From contig NC_087437.1 in the NCBI RefSeq assembly GCF_036321535.1, forward strand, positions 40,860,001 through 40,924,000: 64,000 nt of DNA, read 5' to 3'. The notes beneath the pieces are model-generated. The model was not told where the DNA came from and searched no databases. It worked only from the letters and a program-made list of their open reading frames with translations. The position numbers and the translations under genes were made by a program. This document shows, piece by piece, positions 25,136-36,539 of this stretch. This DNA comes from Camelus dromedarius (taxonomy: Eukaryota). Position 1 is the first letter of the stretch. Every line of letters begins with the position of its first letter.

Positions 25136-26915
25136 GTCTCCTAACCCGTACTCTTGAAGTCCTTTCTTCCCAAGGTTTCTGGGACCCTGTGTTTTCTCAG
25201 TTCTCTTCTCCTTTGCAAGGATCCCTCTCAGTTTCCTTCATGGGCTTTTCTTCCCTCCGGCATCTTCAGTGTGGCTCTCCCCCTTTGTAAGGTGCTGCCC
25301 TCTGCCTCTTTGCTCCACACTTTTCCTCCTCAACTCTCACGTCTTGGAATAGCATCCCTCTCCCCAGCACCACACCAGTGTATCCAAGGGCTAAGCAGTT
25401 CAATTCAACGATCAGCTCCACAACATGTGCAGAGCATTATACTGGGCGCTGGGGCTGTTAAGGTGAGCACCACACAACCTATTCCTTTGGGCAAACCACT
25501 GAGTAAAGATACTTATGATCTGGTCACACTCATGTCTCATATAGTCCAAAATCATCAACCCCCCACCCCAGTTTCCCAACATGCTTCAAGATAGTGGCAC
25601 CATCATCCATCTAAATACCCAAAGTACCAGGGTCATCTTGGACTCCTCCTTCTTCTTGTGCATCCAACATCCAGTGAGGTGACAAGTCCTGTTTGGTTTT
25701 TTTGGTTTGTTTGTGAAAATCATGTTTTATTCAGTGGACAGACTGAGGACTTAAGGCTGGGAGACAGCCTTTCAGATAGCTGAGACTGTTCCCAAGTCAT
25801 GTTCATTTTAATTCTACCCTTTAAGCGTCCGCCTCTTTTTCCCACTTCCGCTGGTGGCCCTCACATTTAGTTCCTCACTCTGCCTCCCACAGGGGCTGAG
25901 TTGACGTCCTCACTAGGATCTCCACTCCCAGTCTCTTCCCCTCTCACTCACCAGCTCCATGTTCACTGGGTCATTTTTACCTTGGGCACAAGCCTTCAAC
26001 AACAGTCATCTGAAGTGCTGTCTTATTCCTCCTATTTCCCTGAAATCTGTTTGAAAGCAAGGACTAAACTGTGTCTTACTCATCTTTAAGAAAGAAAGAC
26101 TTACTCATTCTATCAGCTAGCCTGGACTTCGAGGCTCTCAGTACTCCTTAAGTGCCCTGATTTGATTGACCTGAGCTGAAACAGCACACTAGTGTGGATG
26201 ACTAAGGGATAAAACGTATGGCTTCAGCTCTCAGTGTTGTGGAGGCCAGGAGCACCTGAGAAACTCTCTCTGGCCCTTGTCGGAGATCCCAGAAAAATCC
26301 TCTACCTCCCAGTTTTATCACATCCTCCAAAACTTCATGATTCCAGATTATCTTTCATCAGGATCTTTGTTCTCTGCTGAGAAAATGATCAGGATAATTC
26401 ATTCATGTTGTTCACTTAGTCAGAAATCTTCCATGAAAAACTCCCCACAGCCTGGCACTCAAGCTCTTTAGGATCTGACCCCAGTCGACCTTATCAACTT
26501 GATCTCCTACTTAGCATACCTACTGCCAAGTCAGAGGTCTGGCCACGCCCCTCATGTGCTCTCTGCTCTCTGGCCTTGGATCAGGCTGTCATATCTGCCT
26601 ACAAAGTCTTCCTGCACCATCTCACCATGTCCAAATCTTACATCTCCTTCAAGTCCTGGCTCAAATGCCCCCTCTTCCGTGAAGCTTCATTGAGGTCTCC
26701 AGCCAGGAGCACTTGCTCCTACTCCAGACCTCCAGCACTTACTTGCTACTTCCGGCGCCACCGATCATTCTCCCCTTCTGCTGAGTACTGTAGTTGGCTG
26801 TTTAGGTATCGCTTGTCCTCTCAGACCACAAACCTGTGTCCTCCTCATCCTGGTGTTCCTCGCAGCCTTACAGAATGCTTCCTGCAAGGCAGATGTTTCG
26901 TATTTGTTGTATGAT
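25136..26915 (+). mobile_element. Continuation of L2 (fragmented) to 3' end
   Basis: TCATCTTGGACTCCTCC, CCTTCAAGTCCTGGCTCAAATGCCCCCTCTTCC, terminal ATTTGTTGTATGATTGA. Confidence 0.65.
25694..25792 (-). pseudogene. Retroposed polyadenylated 3' end of a probable ERV1 (MER41-like) LTR transcript
   Basis: Minus strand: LTR-like GGAACAGTCTCAGCTATCTGAAAGGCTGTCTCCCAGCCTTAAGTCCTCAGT, then AATAAA, about 13 nt, then a decayed A-tail. TSD CAAGTCCTGTT (25683-25693) / CAAGTCATGTT (25793-25803). Confidence 0.7.
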
Positions 26916-27659
26916 TGAGGTATTTACTGAGGACATGTTATAGGCAAAGCTCAGTGGTAGGCACTGTAGAAAAGACATAAACAAGTATTATCCCATTGCT
27001 TCTCAAAAAACTTGCAATCTAATAGGCATTTACATAGATACTATGTAAATTCACTGTACTGGATACTGATTTGTTATACATTTCATAGACAAGGTTCAAA
27101 ATACTGTAATGTTAGTCCTGTAAACTAGTCTTTCTCATCTTACAAAATGCATAGAATCCTTTCAAGGGATTCTATTACAAGTCACCAGCATTCACTTGAA
27201 CTACTTTTATGATATCTTACCTAAATAAGAACAAAGTATATGAGTTATGAGTATAGCTCTCGATACCTATAAAATCAAAACACATTTATAACTTGTAATC
27301 AAGCAAAATAATTCTATCAACTCAGTCAGGCCACCTTTAACCAGTTAGGAGGAGCTTGGTGAAGAGGGAGCTGGGGTCACAGGTCCTTTGACTCTCAGGT
27401 CTTCCTCCAAAGGCTTCTGCCCATTGAAGTGCTGGTTGGGAACATTCATTCCTGGGAACTGGAGCTTCAGGGTGGGGTACAGCAGAGTCAGTACCTCCAC
27501 TTGGAGCAACGGGTAAGACAGAGAATGGCAGAGGCTGCCAAGCAGAGGAGACCCTCAAGAACAGGGATTCCAGAAACTACAAAAGGTTGAAAAGGCCAGG
27601 ATGGATCCCAGGAAGCATATGAAAGGAGTGCTCAGAAGAGTTGTCTTGGAGAAACTTTA

Positions 27660-27880
27660 CTTTGCTTCTTGCTCTGTGCCAGGGTCTCTGCTAAACACTT
27701 GTTATTCATTTCATGAACCGATGAGGTACTCAGTTCTGTTACCCCAATTTTATAGATCAGGAAATGAGCACTAAGGAAGTTTCCTAATTGGTCCAAAATC
27801 ACAAAGCTGGAAAGTGAGGGTCTGAATTTGCAGCCAGGGTTGCCTAACCCCAGAGTCTGAACCTGTGACCTAGACACAGG
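27660..27880 (-). mobile_element. MIR SINE
   Basis: CCCAATTTTATAGATCAGGAAATGAG...TCCAAAATCACAAAGCTGGAAAGTG. Confidence 0.7.
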
Positions 27881-30773
27881 ACCACCTCTTGGCTGGCCTC
27901 TTGGCCCCATATACTTGTTTCCATTTGTTTCAAACAGCAGCAGGGGAATGTTATCAAGAAGGTAAACTCCAGTCACTCAGGAGACAGCACCGAGCATGCT
28001 CTCCAGAGCAGTGCAGGGGAGAGGAGGAAGGAGAGCAGAGTTGCATGTATTTTAGAGGGAGCCTAGAGTAAGCCATGCTCACAGGGTCTGAATCTCAGAA
28101 GGAGCTCCTAAGAGTTCTCTTGGAACATTGGTTTCAACTCCTGATACCTTCTAAACTTGTATTGTGTGCCTTGCCTTGCACTTAGTGGTGGTTCATGCAG
28201 AATTTTTGAACTGCCCCAGAGGTTATGACAGCTCTGACGATGTGATGAGCAAGGTGAGTCGAATGTGTAAAAGAGAGACCTGGGGCTGGATAAGCTGGTG
28301 TTTACCAGAGCCATTTAGGGAACAGGAGGGAAGCTCTCCCTGAAGTAGCTGGTGCTAACACCCATCTGTACCTTCACACTGAGAACAAGCTCGGTGATGA
28401 TGAATCAGTAATACACACTTACATGTTTCCTAAGAGCATGTATTTGAAACCTACTGGGTACATAATACCTTATGCAGATTCCAAATAAATAGAAGGCATG
28501 GTCCCTCCTTTCTCTGGTTGTTGATGATACAGCTGAGCAGACATAAAGAAGACTTAAGCTGACCGAGCAACACAGACATTGGAGACTCAGAACGACACCA
28601 GTCACTCGCAAATATTACTGTGCCCACAGGCAAGGCTGATTGTGGATGATGCAATGAGCTGGGCAAAGGAATGTTGGTGTCCCCCCACCACCACCACTCC
28701 TCTTCCGAATCTTTCCCTTGCATCCCAAAGCCAGATTGGAAAATAGGAATCTCATTAAAAACTCATTCCCTTAGATTTTTTTCAGTTCTAGGGGACCCAG
28801 AATGGGCTCACTAGGGTGTTAAGGGCTTAATGCCTAAGTATTCTAGGAGCCCCAAGGGATGAAGAGATCAACAGAGGTCATCTTTGAGAATAAAGACAGT
28901 ATGTTTGGATCCCTATCACCGGGAGCAGTGTCTGGCACACAACAGACACTTAATAAATGTTGGTTAATAAATCAATGCATGGTGATAAAGGGGCTTCAGA
29001 AGCTTAGTGAAAGTAGCATGGTGGTCAGGTGGGAAGGGGGGAACTTGGTAGCAGTTGCCCGGAGCTCCTGCTGCCCCACAAGACATGGGGCTGCTGCAGA
29101 TTCACATCAGGATGACTGGGCTCCCCCAGGGACCTCGTGCTGCGGCCCTCCTTTTGGAACAGGTGCCGTCCCACTCTCTGATTTCGTCTGGAAAGTGGAA
29201 AAGAAAAATGAGATTTTGCCTGAAGCCATTTTTAGAAGATGAGAGAGAACCGAGTCATTCCTACCTGTCACTGCTGCTTGTTCAGTTTGAACGAGCAAGA
29301 TTCAGTAATGAGCAAACCGTTAACGTAAAAACATAGAAATCAGTATGAAATGCAAACTCCTGCGTGATGTTTTGAAAACATAGTTTGGATGAAACTCAAA
29401 ACCAGTTTGCATTATCGTTTATCTTGTCGTCCCTTTTAGCTCACTTAGCTTTCTACTGGGAGAAGGTACTCAGAAATCTACTACCAGCCAAAGATTTAGA
29501 AAGTAAATATCATGCCTTCAGTGAAAAGGAATTTTGAATATAAAATAAGATATGACAAGATATCTTTCCTCCTTTAGATGCACAAGCAAATTTGCTCTGG
29601 TATTTATAGATTTCCTAACCTGTGATTCATGTTCCAAGAGAAAGCAGCAGCCCACCAGGGACTTTCTCACGTGAAAAGTGCACTTATTATATTAACTCAA
29701 TTAGATCCACATTAGAATCTGTTCTCCATGTGGAAGAAACCAAACAATAGTGCATAAAATCACTGTAATTTGAGGTCTTGAGTAGCGTCCTGGGTTTCAA
29801 AATGACTCACAGGAAAATAATGAACAGCCCAAAGCTCATGAATTCAGACAAAAATAAGATCTCCATAATTCTTTCAGTTGAGTAGGGTAACAAGATTTTA
29901 GTAGTAGCCAGAGAAATAATGAAATAATGACTAATTTATGATGTTTGTGACAGAGAACAAGTGGGGAAAATGGCCCACAATTCTCGAGTCATTTGGCAGG
30001 AGCTCGTGACACATTGCCAAGTAAAAGTGGGGACTTCAAACCATCATCAAATGTTACAGAATTCTTTTTCCTATTTACTTATTTCCCTCAGAATTTATTG
30101 GTAGCATTTGAATTCTTACACTTACATTGTCAATGACAAATAATAGATCAATTTGGGGAGCAATGATAACTACTCATCCTTTGCATATATAAGCAATGTA
30201 TACATGTATATATATATATATACACACACACACATATATGTATCAGATTATATGCATGTGCATGTATGTCTGCATTTTTCTTATCACATCCTCTTCTGAA
30301 TGCACTATGAGGACAAATTGTCCTGGGAAGTCTCAATACTGGGGAAAGATATACATGGAGTGCCACAGTCATCATTTTATTCAACTTTTATTATCTTCTC
30401 CCCCTTGGAAACTTCTGGAGGAATTAGCTATGCAAACTCAGAATATTAAGAAATTGCTGGTCAGAAATAAATGGCCATAATGAAACCACTCTACTGATGA
30501 ACTCTGGCCTTCTTCATAGCTTCCTTTAATGAAAACAAGAGAGTTGCATTAATGTGTTGGCTTTGCAATTTCTTCACAAATGAAAGAACCCTTTTTTCTT
30601 TTCCCTCCAGCAGATCTGAGATTTCTGCATGCCTGGCACCTAAATCGTTTTCTGGTTGAAATGAGTACAGGCAAGTTCTGAGACCGTTCTGTCCAGGGCT
30701 ATCACAAGAAAGAAGTGATGACCCACATGAAAATACCCATTTTCAGATTTGCTTATTTGACAATGATAATGAT

Positions 30774-31214
30774 TGCGATAGGCTGAATTATATCCTCCCA
30801 AAAGATATGCTGCCGTCCTGACCCCCTGGTACCTGTGAATGTGACCTTATTTGGAAATAGGGTCTTGCAGATGTAATTAGTTAAGATGAGATTGGAGTAG
30901 TTTAGGATGGGTCCTAAACCCAATATAACCAGCATCCTTAAAAGAAGAGAAGAATCATGGACACAGGGAAGACAGCCACAGGAAGACAGAGGTAGAGACT
31001 GGAGTTATGTTGCCACAAGCCAAGGACACCTAGAGGTACCAGAAGCTAGAAGAGAACAAGGAAGGATCTTCTGGTGGCTTTGGAAGAAGCGTGGCCCCAC
31101 CAACACCTTAATTTCAGATGTCTAACCTCCAGGACAGTGAAAGAACAAATTTTTGTTATTTTAAGCCACCCAATTTGTGGTACTTTGTTACAGCAGTGCT
31201 AGGAAATTATCATA
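30774..31214 (+). mobile_element. MaLR solo LTR (MLT1C-like)
   Basis: GTACCTGTGAATGTGACCTTATTTGGAAATAGGGTCTTGCAGATG...GCCACAAGCCAAGGA...TTTAAGCCACCCAATTTGTGGTACTTTGTTACAGCAG; TSD ATGAT / ATGGT. Confidence 0.9.
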
Positions 31215-31244
31215 ATGGTTATTACAGCAATAATATTAATAACC

Positions 31245-31400
31245 ATAACAGCATCCCATATACTGAGAATTTTTTCCATGTGCCCATAACAATTCCAAGT
31301 ACTTTTAATTAATCAGCTAATTCCCTGGTCTTATGGTAGTTCCTATTTATTACCCCTCATTTTCCAGATGGGGAAGCAGGCATAGAAAGCCAAGGAAATC
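31245..31400 (-). mobile_element. MIR SINE
   Basis: CCCTCATTTTCCAGATGGGGAAGCAGGCATAGA. Confidence 0.55.
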
Positions 31401-32504
31401 CTGACTGAAGTGTGCAAGGGGAAAGTTGCTTTCACGTAGATAAAATAAACGACCTGAGCAGCCTTCAAGCGTAGGCATCTTTCCAGCCCAGGCCTCCTGG
31501 ACAGTGTGGGTTGGGGTGTCCCGGGATGTCTCCTCTGGCCTTAATTTTGCAATAAACTACCCTGCAGTGCTTCATGGGTATCCGTTCCCTTATCTGTAAA
31601 AAGAGGGGACTTGATGATCTCAGAAGGGCTTCCCCGCCCGAAATCTCTAAGATCCCACTCAAGACTTGTGACTCAAATGGTCAAATCGTGACAACTTGCA
31701 AGGTTTTCAGAGGTTCCCTAGAGTTGGGTCAGACACTGCATGAGATTGGCCGTGCAAATTCTCACAACACAAGGCTCTGGTTTTCCACTCAGGCGCATGG
31801 GCCCTGGTCATCTGGCCCCAGGGCCTGAAGGATCCACAGGACATCGTAATGCAGGTGACCCTGCCCTGGTCAGTGAGGTGGTCATCCGTCCTTTGCCACG
31901 TGGCCCTTGGTGGGCAGTTCTCAGCTGTGGGGGAGAGCCTGGCCACCTCAGGAGGCAGGGACTTTCCCAGGGAGGCAGCAGGCACAGAGGGCCTGATGAG
32001 GGCACGTCTGCGAAGCTTCTAGATTAGAATTCTTTTGAAAACAATGTCTGTTCGACCTCTTCATTTATTTCTAAACCTATTCCAAACATCACTTCAGGTC
32101 CACTAAACGCTAACCAGTGAAGCTCTGGCCAGTCGTGGCCACACCTCCTGGTAATGCCCATTTGGTCTCCCAGCCAAATTCTTGTACCAGACAAATAATC
32201 CTCAAATGTGATAAACACGAGAATGCCTGAAATTCATCACCACGGCTGTGCTGCAGTGCTGGTCCCTGATCTGGGCTCTGCTCCTGTGAACACCTCCTCC
32301 CACTCACTCACCAACAGCTCAGCCTCGCTGACGCCTCAGGGGCTCTAGCACCAGCTTCTTTGTATCCTGACCCTGTACAGAGTTAGAGTACGCGAACCCC
32401 ATGTTTAAAGGGGTAAAACCTGTCAGGTACGAGGCATCTTGAGGTATAAACTAGACATAGACAGGTAGACTCCTGGAGCAATACTTGCAGATTGAATCCA
32501 TCCT

Positions 32505-32864
32505 TACGTAGTTTAGAAACAGCATCATCGCAGATGCAATGAGTTAAGATAATGTCATACTGGAGTAGAGTAGGCCCCAAATCCAGCGTGACTAATGTGC
32601 TCATAAAAAGAACACCATGTGAAAAGAAAGATACACACATAGAGGGGAAATGATGTGAGGAGATACAGGGAGAGGACAGCCAGCTGTGAGCCAAAGAGAG
32701 AGGCCTAGAACAGACCCTTCCCTCACAGCCCTCCGAAGGGACCAACCCTGCCGACACCTTGATTCAGGACTTCCAGCCACCAGAACTGTGAGATAAGACA
32801 TTTTTGTTGTCTAAGCCACTTCGCTGGTGGCACTTTGTTACATGGGCCCTAGCAGAAGGCCACA
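32505..32864 (+). mobile_element. MaLR LTR (MLT1B-like), 5'-truncated
   Basis: GAGAGAGGCCTAGAACAGACCCTTCCCTCACAGCCCTC...ACCAACCCTGCCGACACCTTGATT...CCAGAACTGTGAGA. Confidence 0.85.
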
Positions 32865-32956
32865 GTGGGATGTCAGTGAGGATTCATGGGTTACTGCACA
32901 TAACGCCCTTTCAGTGCTCTCTGGCTCTAGATCAGCAGCACACAATTGAAGGCTAT

Positions 32957-33237
32957 TATAGAAAACAAGCTTGTGGTTACCGGGAGTGGGGTGGGGGATA
33001 CATTGGGAGCTCGAGATTTGCAGATACTAACTGTGATATATAAAATAGCTGAACAATAAGTTTCTACTGGGGAACTATATTCAGTATCCTTCCAAAAGTA
33101 TTAAAATAGGGGAAAACAAAATAATTGGCACCTATGAAAATATGAAAGGAGTATCTGTATGTCCCTGTATGACTGAAGCATTATGCTGTACACCAGAAAC
33201 TAACACAGCATTGTAAACTGACTACAACTTTTAAAAA
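32957..33237 (+). mobile_element. Short L1 3' UTR fragment (same subfamily as 33571 and 41431 copies)
   Basis: GAGATTTGCAGATACTAAC, GGAACTATATTCA, ATGACTGAAGCATTATGCTGTACACCAGAAA; TSD AATTGAAGGCTAT (32944-32956) / AACTGAAGGCTGT (33238-33250). Confidence 0.85.
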
Positions 33238-33570
33238 AACTGAAGGCTGTCATTGTCGTTGTGGTTGTTGCTGTCTTTATGAACGCTCCAGACAGCTAGT
33301 AAGTGGAGCAGCAAGGGGCTTGTTGGCTCTTTCAAGTACAAATCCCACATTTAGGCCCAAAGAAGCGCCAGGGTGTTTTCTGACGCCCTCTTGATCAGAG
33401 GGCCTCCCTGACCTAGCTCTTCTCATGCCTTTCCTTTGCTTTATTTGAGTAACTGATTCACGTTCACTAAAGAAAACCTTAATTTTCAGAAAGAATAAAA
33501 ACATAAAAACCATCTCCTTGAATTGCTCACATCTCAGAGGCAACCAATTTTGCTGTATTTCTTCCCAGTC

Positions 33571-34284
33571 TTTTTTTTTTTTTTTTAGTATATTTTTATT
33601 GAAGTATAGTCAGTTTACTGTGTCAATTTCTGGTGTACAGCACAATGCTTTAGTCATATAGAAACATACATGTATTCATTTTCATATTCTTTTTCACCAT
33701 AAGGTACAAGTTATTGAATATGGTTCCCTGTGCTATACAGTATAAACTTGTTGTTTATCTATTTTATATATGTATATATATATGTATGTATCTGCAAATA
33801 TCAAACTCCCCATTTATCCTTTCCCATACCCTTCCCCTCTAGTAACCATAAGTTTGTTTTCTATGTCTGTGAGTCTATTTCTGTTTTGTAATAAATTCAC
33901 CTTTTTTTTTTTAAGATTCCACATATAAGTGATATTATATGGTATTTTTCTTCCTCTTTCTGGCTTACTGCACTTAGTATGGCAATCTTCAGATCCATCC
34001 ATGTAGCTGCAAATGGCATTATGTTATTCTTTTTTATGGCTGAGTAGTATTCCATTGTATAAATATACTGCAATTTCTTTATCCAGTCATCTGTTGATGG
34101 ACATTTAGATTGTTTCCATGTCTTGGCTATTGTATATAATGCTGCTGGGAACATTGGGGTACATGTGTCTTTTTGAATTAAAGTTCCCTCCGGATATATG
34201 CCCAGGAGTGAAATTGCTGGATCATATGCTAAGTCTATTTTTAGTTTTTTGAGGAATCTCCATACTGCTTTCCACAACGGCTAC
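33571..34284 (-). mobile_element. 5'-truncated young LINE-1
   Basis: ORF 33897-34277 [28 protein letters not shown]...[19 protein letters not shown] is the L1 ORF2 C-terminus; poly-T at 33571. Confidence 0.95.
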
Positions 34285-35579
34285 ATACTTTTGATACTTT
34301 TCTTATACAATCGGCTTCATTTTCTCTACATGCAACGTAATGCCCTGTTCTTTTGATCAGCATTGTATCATAAGTATTTTCCATGCCATTCAAATATTAC
34401 ATAAGCATAACTTTTCATACTCAGATAGCCATCCATCTTATGCTTATACACGATTTACTTTAAGCTTCCTTCCATTGTTGTTCATTTGCCAAATGTTTGT
34501 AACATCTGGACTGCTTTCTTCTTGTGCCTGAAGTTAATGTCTTGAAAACTGATTTTTTCCTCACATCTCACCCCCTGTTTTTCCCATTAATGCCCTTCTC
34601 TCTTTCCTCCTCATCCTGCTTCTCCTGATCTCTGCTTTGTACATTTATATTTATAACATCTTTTCATTAATACCACTGTTGCATTTAAAAAGAGTTTTTT
34701 TTCACACTCTTCATCTTGTATGGTGGCCACCATAATCCTCTGGGGAAAGCAGGGGAAATAGAAACTAAAATTCAGAAAAGTGATTTGTCCTTGAGCCAGA
34801 AGACTCTTCATGCATTGTTCACCTGACACCGCTCTAATGATTGTTCTTTGGGCACGTGTTTTAAAAAGCTGCACAGAATTACATGTAGGTTTAGGAAAAC
34901 CTTTCATTGTTCATGTGTATGACATGGCTCATGCATCTCTCAACAATGGTTATAGGTTCTTCCAAGGGTTTTAACATAGAGGGAAACAAAATAATTGGCA
35001 CAGATAAGCTTTAGCAAAGGCCTTAAGAAGGCATAAAGTAGTTATGTGTGGTCTTTCAAACCTCATCAGCAAGTGTTGTGCTGGCCTCAACATATAATTC
35101 CCCACCATGCTTTGAAGTGATCCCACTCTTAAAAATTAGTAAACGCTGATTTGCTAATGAGTATTGAAGATGGTCTCCTGTGACCTCCAGCTTTATTAAG
35201 TTCTCTCCCTGCAGGGAAGTATTACCCCTCATAATCACCCCTTTCACTCTGTCTTTCCAGGTTTAAAAAGCAGCTTTGTGCCATCATGAGGTCAGAGTTC
35301 CCCCTTTGTGCGGGTCTTCCGGGGACCAGTAGGCTCCCCAGGGAATGTGAAAACAACCAGATTACCTAGGACTTCTTTCTTTCCCAGAGGGTCTCCCCAA
35401 GACAGCAGCATCTCTGAATTTTCTATTTCCTTTTGTCAAAATAAATAAGGAAACATCTTATTCTATGTATAACCAAAGATGAAATCTTTGCCACTTCTCT
35501 TTGACTTTATAGTTTTTCAGGACAATGTTTTCAAAGCCATAACTTATTTCAATAGCTGGAATAATACTAATGTTTCCTG

Positions 35580-36000
35580 ATAATAATAGCAAACACTTTT
35601 AGAGTGCTTGTCATGCATGCTCTTCTGAGCACTGTTATGAGCAGTTTTCATTCATTAATTTAATCCTCACAACAACCCTATAAGATAGATTCAATTACTG
35701 CACCATTTTACAGATTAGCAAGCAGAGGCACAAAGTTAGTTGCCTTGCCCTAACTGACACATACAGTGAGAGCCTGAGGGGGAATTTGGAAAGGACAGTC
35801 CAGCTGCAGTTTGTGTTCTTCCTCTACATTATGAAGAACTCTTAAGTACTGGGCTGGTCACTCCAACCACATCATCTTATTTAATCTTCACACAGTGTAG
35901 ATTTTACAGATGAGGAAAGTAAGGCTTAGTGGGGTTAAGCATCTTTTCCTGATCCCACACTGGTAAGCTCAGAGGGAAGAAACCGATGTGCCTTCCTATT
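35580..36000 (-). mobile_element. Two adjacent MIR fragments
   Basis: TAATCCTCACAACAACCCTATAAG...CATTTTACAGAT, and ATTTTACAGATGAGGAAAGTAAGGCTTAG. Confidence 0.7.
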
Positions 36001-36401
36001 TCCCTGGTAGGTAAAGCCATTGGCCCAGGGATGAGACATCCCAGAGGATGATCTGAATACTGATCATAGGATCTTCCTAGAAACAAAGTGGTGCAGTCAA
36101 TAAACAAAGTCTACATAAAGCTGCTTGGCCACTCTCTGTGTGCAGCTGCATTTCTCCTTAGGAAAATAGCTTTACCAACACACAGAGCTAAATAAGTCAC
36201 CAGGGAGTTAGGACGCAAGGGGGATGGATGACCGTCTGCAAACAGACACTAGAGAGAGAGAAACACTCCAGGGTTGGGCTATTATTTTCAGATTAGGCAG
36301 AAAAACAGAGGTGATGAGGCAACATACAAAGGGATTCTTCGACCTTGACTGCAGGCAGGAAGTAAAATTCACTCTAATCATTTAATAAAAAGCACTCTAC
36401 A

Positions 36402-36539
36402 GGGGTGGGTATAGCTCAGTGGTAGAGTGCATGCCTAGCATGCACAAGGTCCTGGGTTCAATCCCCAGTAACTCTATTAAAAATAAGTAAATAAAAACCT
36501 AATTACGCCCCTCCCCAAAAAAGTAAAATTTAATTTTAA
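36402..36539 (+). mobile_element. tRNA-Ala-derived camelid SINE (Vic-1 type)
   Basis: A/B boxes, AAACCTAATTAC body motif; TSD AAAAAGCACTCTACA / AAAAAGCAGTCTTCA. Confidence 0.92.

Noticed and set aside
25843..25862. CTCF/ETS-like motif (minus strand GGCCACCAGCGGAAGTG); similar partial CTCF match near 23562-23580
   Set aside because: Incomplete core matches inside L2 sequence; not supportable without data.
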